Assembly: GCA_963726265.1 (NCBI GenBank)
Contig: CAVSBQ010000002.1
Coordinates: 544,001-608,000, forward strand
Length of the DNA stretch: 64,000 nt
Origin: Candidatus Aenigmatarchaeota archaeon
GTDB taxonomy: Archaea > Aenigmatarchaeota > Aenigmatarchaeia > QMZP01 > QMZT01
Direction: 5' to 3'
Below, one piece after another: positions 38,975 to 48,431 of the stretch (within the stretch, counting starts at the first letter, position 1; each line of letters opens with the position of its first letter). The translations under genes and the position numbers were made by a program. Below the pieces are notes generated by a model. The model was not told the origin of the DNA, made no database searches, and saw only the letters and a list, made by a program, of their open reading frames with translations.

Positions 38975-39946
38975 ATGAAATACAATTATTTTAATCTAAA
39001 ATTTTTCATAGGTGTTTTTATTATAATCGCTTTGTTTGTATATTTTTATGAATCTATTTCTGAACACATTTACTCAGTTGACCTGATTTATCTGGTCTCA
39101 GGAATCTTGACGCTTATTTTTATATTAACGATAAAACAGCTCAAGTGGCGCTTGCTTATGGGCCGAATTGGCGGCTGGAAGCTCGCCGTCAAGTCGTATT
39201 TTACAGGCCAGTTCGTAAACGAAATCGCTCCGATGGGCGCAGGCGACCTGACCAAGGCCTACATGATAAGAAGATACTCCAAGAAGTCGTTCGGCCATGC
39301 GCTTTCCATCCCCTACATGGAACGCATAATGGATATCATGGTCCTGAGCGCCTTCGCCATCCTTTCTTCGATGTTCCTCTTCTTCGCGACCATATCTTCT
39401 TATCTTAGCCTCGTTTTCGTGCTGGTTTTGGCGCTTGCAGCCGGCTTTTTTCTTTTGGCGGCATTTCCGGTAAGGATAGCAGGCATAGCGAAGGGTGGCA
39501 TGGAGTTTTTAAGGAAAATAATCAGGGCAGGTTTTGTCGATAAAATAATTTCGAAACTGGAGACCTTCATTCTCAGGGTTTCAAAGGACTTTCAGGATGC
39601 GCTCGGGACTTTTGGCAGCAGAAAGATGTTCATTGCAGCAATGCTGTTCATGGCTGTTGCGGACTGGACACTGGAAGGCGTTTGCCAGTTTTTCCTGCTT
39701 AAATCGCTGGGATATTCGATCCCGATTCTGATTTCAGTCGGCATCGTCTCGATTTCGTGGCTGGTGAGCATACCTTCCATGATTCCTGGCGGTCTCGGGG
39801 TGAGGGAAACCGTTCTCAGCCTGCTTTTTGTCTCTTGGGGCGTGCCTTTTTCAGCGGCGCTTGCAAGCGTGCTCATATACAGGGGTTTGGTTATTTTAAT
39901 TTTCGGCTCTGGGGCGCTGATTTCGCTTAGAATCAAACCTGAATAG
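38975..39946 (+). CDS. Lysylphosphatidylglycerol synthase TM / flippase-like protein (UPF0104)
   Basis: GDLTKAY, ERIMD, IPGGLGVRE, LIYR; multi-TM. Confidence 0.88.
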   Translation: MKYNYFNLKFFIGVFIIIALFVYFYESISEHIYSVDLIYLVSGILTLIFILTIKQLKWRLLMGRIGGWKLAVKSYFTGQFVNEIAPMGAGDLTKAYMIRRYSKKSFGHALSIPYMERIMDIMVLSAFAILSSMFLFFATISSYLSLVFVLVLALAAGFFLLAAFPVRIAGIAKGGMEFLRKIIRAGFVDKIISKLETFILRVSKDFQDALGTFGSRKMFIAAMLFMAVADWTLEGVCQFFLLKSLGYSIPILISVGIVSISWLVSIPSMIPGGLGVRETVLSLLFVSWGVPFSAALASVLIYRGLVILIFGSGALISLRIKPE

Positions 39947-39961
39947 TTCAACACCTTGCAA

Positions 39962-41020
39962 TCAATAAGACTCGAAAATCTTGCCCCACTCGGTTTTATT
40001 GATCCTGTTTATGTGGGTTTTTCCCCTTGTCTTGAGCCAGAGGTCGCGATACTTGTCGCTTATTAAAACCATCAGGCGGAAAACAGATGTCCTGAAGAAA
40101 AGCGGCTCAAGCGGCGATCCCCTGAAAAACCTGTCAAAATATATGACCGGGTCTTTCTTGGTTTTGAAGCCGAAGTTGACTCCTTTTATTCCATCACCTG
40201 CTAGCTCTATCTGGTCTATGTCGCCCATGCCAAGGCCTTCATCGTGCGCCAGCTTTATGAAACCTATTTTCATCGGGTCAAAACCCATCATTTTCGCGAC
40301 CACTGCATCGACAGCCACCATGTCCGAGCCCGCCACTATGTAATCCTTGACATGCGGGATGCCTGTTCTTGGTCCGGCGCCGTCCATCGCTATCGTGCCG
40401 TCAACCACCGAAAATGTCGCCTTGCAGAATTCCTTCTGTATGCGCAAGAGGTCGACCAAGATTTCATGTATGTTGAGATGGTAATGATGCCTGACCTTTC
40501 TCAGGAAGCCGAACGCGTTCTTAAGCGAGGCCGTCATCTGGGAATGGCCGTGGCACTTCATGGTCGGAAAGTGCACTATCTGGGCATCTCTTATCATCTG
40601 CGGAAGGAGCATGTCCTCCTTGCCGAAAACGAGGATTTTTGAAGGCCTCATCTCCTCCCATGCATTGTCCAGAAGGCACTCGAAGCTGAGGCCGTATTTG
40701 GAAAGGACGTTGTTGAGTTTGTTTTCATCCATGCCTTTGTAGCAGTCGGTAACGACGGTCATGTTTTCGACAGCGCGCACTTTCCGGAAATTCATCTTGT
40801 TCATCACGTTCAGCACGCCGTCCAGCTGCCATGGCGCGGTCGAGCAGGAAGGGAAATATTCCTGCCAGCTTATGTTGATTTTCAGGATTGTCTCTATATT
40901 CGGGTCCATTATCTTGCCGAATTTTGCAAGCGACAGTAGCCGCTCGTAGTCTTTCATGTAGGTCTGCGGGCTCGTTTTCAGAACAGCAACCGGCATATTT
41001 TTGTTTTCCTTTGTGCTCAT
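39962..41020 (-). CDS. DUF362 domain protein
   Basis: ILKINISW, PTMKCHGH, TASLKNAFG, DGTIAMDGAGP, DMVAVDAV. Confidence 0.82.
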   Translation of the reverse strand: MSTKENKNMPVAVLKTSPQTYMKDYERLLSLAKFGKIMDPNIETILKINISWQEYFPSCSTAPWQLDGVLNVMNKMNFRKVRAVENMTVVTDCYKGMDENKLNNVLSKYGLSFECLLDNAWEEMRPSKILVFGKEDMLLPQMIRDAQIVHFPTMKCHGHSQMTASLKNAFGFLRKVRHHYHLNIHEILVDLLRIQKEFCKATFSVVDGTIAMDGAGPRTGIPHVKDYIVAGSDMVAVDAVVAKMMGFDPMKIGFIKLAHDEGLGMGDIDQIELAGDGIKGVNFGFKTKKDPVIYFDRFFRGSPLEPLFFRTSVFRLMVLISDKYRDLWLKTRGKTHINRINKTEWGKIFESY

Positions 41021-42462
41021 GCAAAAAACCTCTTCCTTATTATCAAGGACAGCATTTTTAAGCCCGTTCTGAAGCTTTTGAGCTTGCTCTTCGAATGCTT
41101 AGATTCCCCGCCGCCGCGCCTGTAATAACTGACCGGTATTTCAACAATCCTTTTCTTGACGCGCAGGACTTCCACTATCATTTCAGGCGAGAACTCCGGG
41201 CCCTTTGCACTGAGGTTGTCCTTTATCTGTTCGAACACGTCCTTCCATATGCCGCGGTACGTGCATCCCACGTCGGTGAACCTCGGTTCCTGTTTCCACC
41301 AAAGAACCTCGGCGACCTTGCCGAGGAAAACGTTACCCCATCTAAGGAACCAGTCCATGTTTGCGCCTTGCTCTATCATCTGCCTTGTCGTACGCGTGCC
41401 TAAGACCATGTCAGCGTCTTTCATATATTCCAAGATTTTGGGTATATCCTTCGCGCGGAATGAGCCGTCAGCTTCCGTAAGAATCATGATGTCATTTTTG
41501 GTCTGCTCCATTGCATATCTCAGTTTCTCGCCATAGCCGGAAAGCGGACCGCTTTTGGTTATGACTTTGGCGCCGTGCTCCCTTGCTATCTTATCCGTGT
41601 TGTCCGTGGAATTGGTGTCGACAACAAGCACCTCATCCGCGTATCTGCTTGCTTTATAGTCCTCGACCACTTCGGCTATGGTCTTTTCCTCGTTGTAGGC
41701 AGGAATTATGACTGTCACCTTGTATTTGTCGAAATTCAGATGCTTCCACATGTAATTCGCGTAATTCAAATCTTCCGATGTGTTGACATTTACGTAATCT
41801 CCTCCGATAAAAAACGGCAGGACAACGCCTTCTTTGGCCATCTTGTCTATGACATCAGTGAGCTCGACTATGCCGGACCTTTTTGATTTGGGTGTATTCT
41901 CTATATACTCGAAAATTTTAGGGGAAAAAAGGTATGTGCCGCAGCCGACGTAATCATTGATTATGGTTTCAGGCTTTTCCACAAGGGCCTTTACCTTGCC
42001 GTTGCCGATTTCCACTGAATAATTCTTCTTTATTTCGAGGGCACTTTTGGCCCTTTTGATGCCAATAACCGCATCAAAATTCCGCGGTTTTGGTTTCAAG
42101 AGTTTGTCATGGCTTGAATCGATGTATATTTCATCTCCCAGTATGACTAAGAAATCCGTTTTAACGTGCTCCTTCATGACGTAGATTGAATTGACAAGGC
42201 CCTTGCTCATATCGTCGTTTACGACGTATGTTATTTTAACGCCGAATCTTGAGCCGTCACCGAAATAGTTTTTTATCACGTGGTCAAGATAGTTCACGGC
42301 TATGTAAATCTCCTTTATGCCGAGCTTGTCCCTCATCAACTCTATGTTCCTCTGCAGTATCGGCTTCCCGCCTATGTTGAGCATAACCTTTGGGACGGTC
42401 CTGGTTTTTGGATATATCCTTACGCCCCTTCCCGCGGCCGGTATGACTCCGACTCTTTTCAT
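41017..42462 (-). CDS. Fusion: sugar-phosphate nucleotidyltransferase + Dol-P-sugar synthase-like GT2
   Basis: N-half PAAGRGVR, PKVML, LGD, VEKP; C-half IIPAYNEE, GYG, TEADGS, TDVGCTYR. Confidence 0.88.
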   Translation of the reverse strand: MKRVGVIPAAGRGVRIYPKTRTVPKVMLNIGGKPILQRNIELMRDKLGIKEIYIAVNYLDHVIKNYFGDGSRFGVKITYVVNDDMSKGLVNSIYVMKEHVKTDFLVILGDEIYIDSSHDKLLKPKPRNFDAVIGIKRAKSALEIKKNYSVEIGNGKVKALVEKPETIINDYVGCGTYLFSPKIFEYIENTPKSKRSGIVELTDVIDKMAKEGVVLPFFIGGDYVNVNTSEDLNYANYMWKHLNFDKYKVTVIIPAYNEEKTIAEVVEDYKASRYADEVLVVDTNSTDNTDKIAREHGAKVITKSGPLSGYGEKLRYAMEQTKNDIMILTEADGSFRAKDIPKILEYMKDADMVLGTRTTRQMIEQGANMDWFLRWGNVFLGKVAEVLWWKQEPRFTDVGCTYRGIWKDVFEQIKDNLSAKGPEFSPEMIVEVLRVKKRIVEIPVSYYRRGGGESKHSKSKLKSFRTGLKMLSLIIRKRFFA

Positions 42463-42509
42463 TACATCACTTTATCAAATTATTTAAATATCGCTTCAAA
42501 TACTTTAAA

Positions 42510-44165
42510 ATGGGTGTTCTCGGATTTTTGAATAAAAAAAGAGCAGAAGCCATATTGCTGATTATATTCGCCTTCTTCGTGATGTTCCTTAAAATAGGGC
42601 AGCCGTGGGGCTATTCAATATCTCACACCTACCCGCAGTTTTTCAATGCGAATGACAATTTCCTCCATTCCGCGCTATCCGAATACGTCAAGAACGTAGG
42701 AAATTATGCATTCGCCCCGCCGTATTTTTCAGGCGGTTATGACGATGTGGTGGGTTATATTCCTCCGCTCATCCACCATCTCAGCGCTATGACTTCATAT
42801 CTTACGGGACTTGAAACATACGACACGACTTATCTGGTAACCGCCTTTCTGATGGTTTCCGGGTTCCTGCTGGTTTATTTCGCGATAAAAAAAGTCAATG
42901 GGACGCTCGCTTTACTGAGCCTGCCGTTCATGCTTGGCGTTTATTCGTTCACCTTCGAAATAGCAAGGGCCTGGGGCCTGTGGATATTCATCACAGGAAG
43001 CTTCTTCCTTTTCGCCTTCATATGGTGCATGGAAAACTTTGAGAAAAAATACATGTTTGTCCTGCTCGCGTTGTTTCTTTCCGGGATGGCGATAGGGCAT
43101 ACGACTGAAATGTTATTCGGCCTGGGTTTTCTGGTGTTTTACTGCGTGGTTAAATTGATGCGGAAAGGTTTCAACAGGACAGAGCTCATAAATCTTGCGC
43201 TGGGGCTTTTCATCTTCCTGATCGTATCGGCGTATTTCCTTGCCATATTCTATTTCACGTGGATGAAGATACAGCCCTTCGAATTCTCGGTCATGGAAAA
43301 GCCGGTATTCGCGCCCAATTTCCCTGTAAACCTGTGGGATTTCGGGGCGACCCAGTTTCTTTTATACGCGGGATTGCTGTTCTTCATATTCCTCGTCATA
43401 ATAAAGGATGATTCAGAAAAGCTGAAAGTGGACCCGTTCTCTTCGACGATACTTGCAGGCATATTTTTGCTCATAATGGGCTTCACGAATTACGTCGGCT
43501 TTGGCGTGAGGGCATTCCAGACGAGGATATTCTGGCCGGTGTATCTGGCCGTGCTCATGGGCCTGGCATTGTATTTCATACCTGCGCATTTCAAAAAATG
43601 GAGATTCCGCTACGCCGCAGCCATCGCTGGAGTGTTGCTGCTTGTGTTTTTCTTCAACAATTACGGCGGCCTGCAGGGACCAGGCATCATAGACCAGCAG
43701 GTGTGGAACGGCTTCAAGTGGCTTTCGGAAAACACGCCTGAAAACGCGACGGTGTATCATTTCTACAGCAAGCCTGCCACGCAGTTCGATTCGCTCTTCA
43801 GCACGAAAAGGGTTTCGTATACGGTGAACATGGACGATTACATAAACTCGCTAAAGGCCGGGATAATAAAGAGCGAATACAATAGCGACAAAACCGCCCT
43901 GACTGACACCCATCTGCCATACAGGAGTTCGCTTTTCTCTTATGGCTATCACGCGACGGAGGATGAATTCAAAAAAACGATAAGCATGTGGGACATGGAT
44001 TATTATTTTTTCGTCACGTATGACCCGTCAGATCCAAGCAATACGCTTATGCTTTACAACAGATATGTGGGCGATTACATGCTTAACCGGACATGGGTGG
44101 AGGTTGCATATTCAAACGACGAGGTTCTGATACTCAAAAACAATGAACCGGGGAGGAAAACATGA
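42510..44165 (+). CDS. Multi-TM membrane protein, GT-C/STT3-like architecture
   Basis: About 12 TM segments, NANDNFLH loop, soluble C-terminal domain starting FKWLSENTPENATV. Confidence 0.6.
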   Translation: MGVLGFLNKKRAEAILLIIFAFFVMFLKIGQPWGYSISHTYPQFFNANDNFLHSALSEYVKNVGNYAFAPPYFSGGYDDVVGYIPPLIHHLSAMTSYLTGLETYDTTYLVTAFLMVSGFLLVYFAIKKVNGTLALLSLPFMLGVYSFTFEIARAWGLWIFITGSFFLFAFIWCMENFEKKYMFVLLALFLSGMAIGHTTEMLFGLGFLVFYCVVKLMRKGFNRTELINLALGLFIFLIVSAYFLAIFYFTWMKIQPFEFSVMEKPVFAPNFPVNLWDFGATQFLLYAGLLFFIFLVIIKDDSEKLKVDPFSSTILAGIFLLIMGFTNYVGFGVRAFQTRIFWPVYLAVLMGLALYFIPAHFKKWRFRYAAAIAGVLLLVFFFNNYGGLQGPGIIDQQVWNGFKWLSENTPENATVYHFYSKPATQFDSLFSTKRVSYTVNMDDYINSLKAGIIKSEYNSDKTALTDTHLPYRSSLFSYGYHATEDEFKKTISMWDMDYYFFVTYDPSDPSNTLMLYNRYVGDYMLNRTWVEVAYSNDEVLILKNNEPGRKT

Positions 44166-44536
44166 AATTCGATATAAAAAACATGACCGATGCGCATAAA
44201 CTCATATTTTCATGCATCATAACATTCGCCGTCCTGCAGGCAGTATTCTTCGCGGAAAACGTTTTCACGACGTTAAAAACAGTTTCCGTGCTCTTCTGGC
44301 TTTTTGTCCTGCCGGGCATCGGCATAACCTATCTGTGGGACCTTGATTTCATTGAAAGATTGCCGCTTTCAGTCGCAATAAGTGCGGCTGTCGTGGGCAT
44401 CACGTCATACTACCTGGGGCTTGCAGGTATCGATGTCAAGGCAAGCTCGGTGATTCTGCCGGCAGTCTGTATCACAATCGGGCTGCTTGTGATTTTCAGA
44501 AATAAAATTAAGGTTTTCAAACCATCCAAAAAATGA
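44162..44536 (+). CDS. Small membrane protein
   Basis: About four hydrophobic segments, FVLPG..ERL; ATGA overlap with the upstream gene. Confidence 0.7.
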   Translation: MKFDIKNMTDAHKLIFSCIITFAVLQAVFFAENVFTTLKTVSVLFWLFVLPGIGITYLWDLDFIERLPLSVAISAAVVGITSYYLGLAGIDVKASSVILPAVCITIGLLVIFRNKIKVFKPSKK

Positions 44537-44537
44537 A

Positions 44538-45128
44538 CTACCTGTCATCTTTTATCTTCGTCCTGAGATAATCCGTTATTAAATGCTCGATTATTAGGTG
44601 AACGTCCTCTATCCTACCGTAATGGTTTGAGGGGACGAGTACGTATTTATCGAGGAGCTTTCTGACCTTGCCGCCGTCAAAGCCTAGCATTCCCACCGTG
44701 ACAGCGCCGCAGTCTCTGGCATATTTCATGGCCTTTATGACGTTTTTCGAGTTGCCGCTGCCTGTTATGGCTATGACCACGTCTCCTTTGTGGACGAGGT
44801 TGCGCAACTGCTGCACAAAGATATCGTCAAAGGAAAGGTCGTTTGCATACGCGCTTATCGTGGCGACATTGTCGGTAAGTGACACGACCTTGAACCTCTT
44901 TTCATTTTGGTCGTAGACCCTGCTCAGCGTTCCCTTGCCAAGATCGCATGCGAAATGCGACGCCGTCGTCGCGCTGCCGCCGTTGCCGAGTATGAATATC
45001 GTGCGCTCGTTGGCATAGGCCTTGTGTATGATGTCCGTTATTGCCGTTATATCCTTGGCGCTTATCCTGCCGAAAATATGCGTGAGTTCCCTGAAATACG
45101 CCGCAACGAATTTGTCCATCTCAATCAT
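44538..45128 (-). CDS. gmhA: Sedoheptulose-7-phosphate isomerase
   Basis: GNGGSA, SHFACDL, AYAND, TGSGNSKNV, GFDGG, IEDVH. Confidence 0.92.
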   Translation of the reverse strand: MIEMDKFVAAYFRELTHIFGRISAKDITAITDIIHKAYANERTIFILGNGGSATTASHFACDLGKGTLSRVYDQNEKRFKVVSLTDNVATISAYANDLSFDDIFVQQLRNLVHKGDVVIAITGSGNSKNVIKAMKYARDCGAVTVGMLGFDGGKVRKLLDKYVLVPSNHYGRIEDVHLIIEHLITDYLRTKIKDDR

Positions 45129-46095
45129 CCCTGTATACTATCCTTGTCCCGTGGTTTTCAAATTTGAAAGGTACGTGTCTCAGTGCCTTCAGATTCCTTA
45201 TGACAGTATTCTGCCTGTTCTGCTCGCAGTAAAGCAGCAGGAAGCCTCCTCCGCCTGCCCCGAGTATTTTGCCTCCGAGTGCACCAGACTCCAAGGCCAT
45301 CCTGTAATATCTATCTATAATGGGACTTGATATCCTTGACGCGAGTTTTTTCTTGTATTCCCAGTTCTTGTGCAGCAGCTCGCCGAACCTTGTTGTATCC
45401 TTCTTCACGAGCGAATCCTTGAGCTCCAGGGAAAGCTCCATCATCCTGTCGAGGGACTCCATTTTTTTCCTCGTGTTTTTTTTCTGCTCGGAGAGTATGT
45501 CTTTCGCCTTCCTTGTTATGCCCGTGTAGAAAAGCAGAAGGTTGTTCTCAAGCTCTTCCTTCGTCTTCCTGGACAGCACGATTATTTCGGACGAAACGCT
45601 GTCATCGTGGTTGAACAGGATGTGCCTCAGCCCGCCATACGCGGCAATATACTGGTCCTGCTTGCCTATGGGCTCTTTCAGCAGCTCTATCTCTATTCTG
45701 CAGGCCTCCTTTGCGAGCTCTTCGGGCGATTTGTGCTCGCCGAGATATGCATACAGGGCGTTAAGCAGGCCAACGGCGAAGGCGCTCGATGAGCCGAGGC
45801 CGCTTGCGCTCGGTATGTCCGCCATGGACGCTATTTCAACGCCTCTCAGTATCCCGGTAAGCTTAAGCGCTTCCCGTATTATGGGGTGCTTTATTTTGTC
45901 CACATTGCCAACAAGCTCTGTCCTCGAATACTTGAGGAAGGTTTTGTCCTTGTCGAAAAAGTCCTTGACGCTGACATACATGAACTTGTCTATTGACGTT
46001 GAAACGACGGAACCCTGCCTCTTCGAATAATATTCCCTCAGATCTGTTCCGCCGCCGCAGAAGCTTATCCTGAACGGAGTTTTGGAAATTATCAT
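45121..46095 (-). CDS. hddA: D-glycero-alpha-D-manno-heptose-7-phosphate kinase (GHMP)
   Basis: TPFRISFCGGGTD, SGLGSSS, GKQDQY, GGKILGAGGGG. Confidence 0.9.
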   Translation of the reverse strand: MIISKTPFRISFCGGGTDLREYYSKRQGSVVSTSIDKFMYVSVKDFFDKDKTFLKYSRTELVGNVDKIKHPIIREALKLTGILRGVEIASMADIPSASGLGSSSAFAVGLLNALYAYLGEHKSPEELAKEACRIEIELLKEPIGKQDQYIAAYGGLRHILFNHDDSVSSEIIVLSRKTKEELENNLLLFYTGITRKAKDILSEQKKNTRKKMESLDRMMELSLELKDSLVKKDTTRFGELLHKNWEYKKKLASRISSPIIDRYYRMALESGALGGKILGAGGGGFLLLYCEQNRQNTVIRNLKALRHVPFKFENHGTRIVYRDD

Positions 46096-46099
46096 ATTC

Positions 46100-47374
46100 T
46101 CATCTTGGCTTTGCGGTTTTTAATATTATTTTGACTGCCTCAAAAAGGTTCTCGCAGACGTAATCCGGCCTGACATCGAATTTGCCGTCCTTTCCGGCAA
46201 AGCCGGTCTTTACGAGTATCGTCCTGCAGCCGGCGTTTTCCCCCAGTTTTATGTCGCTTGTCTTGTCGCCAACGATTATGCACTTGTTGGGGTCCAGGGC
46301 AAAATCCGCCGCTGCCTTGTTCAGCATTCCAGGCTTGGGTTTTCTGCATTCGCAGTCTATTTTATATTTCGGGTTTTCCCCGGGATAGCCCTTGTCCGGG
46401 TGATGGGGGCAATAATATATGGCGTCGAGCCGCGCGCCTTTCCTGGCAAGAAGCTGCTTGAGCCTTGCGTGTATTTTGGTGAGGTCGCCTTCTGTGCACA
46501 TGTTCCTGGCGACGACCGGCTGGTTTGTTAGCACTATCGCCAGAAAGCCGTTTTCGTTGAGCGTTTTTATGGCTCCTGCAGACCCTTTGATGAGTCTAAT
46601 TTGTGATGGCCTAGAAATAAGGTCGACTTCCCTGTTTATCACGCCGTCCCTGTCAAGGAAGACGGCCATCTTGCGAACGATTTTTCCTTCAGCATAGTCC
46701 CTGCGCACATTCTCAAGTCTATCGTGCGTCCCTATGTCCTTCACGTATTCTTCAGTAACATAACCGAAAATCGGTATCCCGTTTTTTATGAGCTTCGGGA
46801 AAACGTCCCTGCCGAAGTCGCAAAAAACGCCTTTTGGTATATGACTGAGAATGGATCTGTCCATGACGTGGACTGCTGCATTCGTGAGGTTCCTGAATTT
46901 CTGGTCGTGTTTTGGCCGCCAGAATTTACTCACGCGGCCGCCATAACCCATGTCAACTATGTCGCTGTCATGCGGATGGTCGGATTTGTGGACAACCAAA
47001 GTCACCATGCCATTTTTTCTTTTATGGTATGCCGCAAGCTTTGACAAATCCATGTTGAACATAACATCACTGAAAAGCAGGATGAAATCGCCCTTTATTT
47101 TTTTCCCGGCTAGCTTGACCGCGCCCGCTGTGCCGAGAAAGTCCTTCTCCTCCGAATAGGTTATGCGGACGCCGAATGCCTTGCCATTGCCGAAATATTC
47201 CCTTATCTTTCCGGAAAGGTGCTTCACACAGATTATTATGTCTGTTATGCCGTGTTTTCTGAGCAGCCCTATCTGGTGTTGCAGGACAGGAACGCCGCCA
47301 ACCTTTACCATGGCCTTCGGGATATCCATGCCGAGCCTCGTTCCCCTGCCTCCCGCGAGTATGACTGCCTGCAT
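46100..47374 (-). CDS. Fusion: heptose-1-phosphate guanylyltransferase (HddC-like) + heptose-1,7-bisphosphate phosphatase (GmhB)
   Basis: AVILAGGRGTRL...LGTAG; then FLDRDGVIN, TNQP, CPHHP, CECRKPKPGM, VGD. Confidence 0.9.
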   Translation of the reverse strand: MQAVILAGGRGTRLGMDIPKAMVKVGGVPVLQHQIGLLRKHGITDIIICVKHLSGKIREYFGNGKAFGVRITYSEEKDFLGTAGAVKLAGKKIKGDFILLFSDVMFNMDLSKLAAYHKRKNGMVTLVVHKSDHPHDSDIVDMGYGGRVSKFWRPKHDQKFRNLTNAAVHVMDRSILSHIPKGVFCDFGRDVFPKLIKNGIPIFGYVTEEYVKDIGTHDRLENVRRDYAEGKIVRKMAVFLDRDGVINREVDLISRPSQIRLIKGSAGAIKTLNENGFLAIVLTNQPVVARNMCTEGDLTKIHARLKQLLARKGARLDAIYYCPHHPDKGYPGENPKYKIDCECRKPKPGMLNKAAADFALDPNKCIIVGDKTSDIKLGENAGCRTILVKTGFAGKDGKFDVRPDYVCENLFEAVKIILKTAKPR

Positions 47375-47474
47375 ATGATCACTATTTTTAATTGCTTGGC
47401 CTTTTTAAATAAAAACGACGGCGGCTACGGGTGGCTTAGCTGCAAAATTTAAATAGGGACTATCAATTAGAATC

Positions 47475-48431
47475 ATGAAAATACTGATAACGGGAGGAGC
47501 GGGCTTCATCGGCTCGCATCTGGCGGATTTCCTTGTCGACCGCGGCGAAAGGGACGTTTACGTCGAGCACTGGAAAAACGAAAGCCTCGAGAACGTCAAA
47601 CATCTTGAAGGCAAGGTCAAGTTCGTCGAGCTAGACATAAGAGACACTGATAATGTAAGGGACGCTATAGCGAAAATAAGGCCTGGGCTGATTTTTCACC
47701 TTGCCGCGCAGAGTTTCGTGACCGAGTCTTGGAAGCATCCGAAAGAAACGTTGGAAACCAACATAATCGGGACGTTCAACATATTTGATGCCGTGATAAA
47801 GGAGGGGCTTAAGCCTGTCATAATAAGCGTGTGCTCTTCTGCGGAATACGGCATGACCGACAGGAACGAAATACCGATAAACGAAAAAAAGGAGTTCAGG
47901 CCGATAAGCCCCTATGCCGTCAGCAAAATAGCGCAGGACATGCTTTCGCTCCAGTATCACCAGAGCCACGGCCTGAAAATAATAAGGGTGCGCTTCTTCA
48001 ACATAACCGGGCCGAGGAAGAAATACGACGCATGCTCTGATTTCGCGAGGGGCGTGGCTGAAGTGGAAAGCGGCCTTTCCAAGGAGCTCAAAGTCGGGAA
48101 TCTCGAGGCGATACGCGATTTCACTGACGTGAAAGACGCGGTAAATGCGCTTTGGCTCTTGTCCAGAAAGGGCAAGCCGGGCGAGGTATACAACGTGTGT
48201 TCCGGCAAAGGCATAAAGGTCGGCGATGTCGTTGAAATTCTCGCCGGAATTTCCAAAAAAAAGGTGAAAGTGAAGGTCGATAAAAACAGGCTGAGAATAA
48301 TAGACGACCCCCTGTACGTTGGTGACAATGCCAAAATACGCTCCCTAGGCTGGAAGCCGGAAGTGCCTATTGATAAAACTATGGCCGACCTTCTTGATTA
48401 CTGGAGGGGCATGCTGAATGAAAAGGGATAA
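47475..48431 (+). CDS. GDP-sugar dehydratase/reductase family SDR
   Basis: [40 protein letters not shown]. Confidence 0.85.
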   Translation: MKILITGGAGFIGSHLADFLVDRGERDVYVEHWKNESLENVKHLEGKVKFVELDIRDTDNVRDAIAKIRPGLIFHLAAQSFVTESWKHPKETLETNIIGTFNIFDAVIKEGLKPVIISVCSSAEYGMTDRNEIPINEKKEFRPISPYAVSKIAQDMLSLQYHQSHGLKIIRVRFFNITGPRKKYDACSDFARGVAEVESGLSKELKVGNLEAIRDFTDVKDAVNALWLLSRKGKPGEVYNVCSGKGIKVGDVVEILAGISKKKVKVKVDKNRLRIIDDPLYVGDNAKIRSLGWKPEVPIDKTMADLLDYWRGMLNEKG

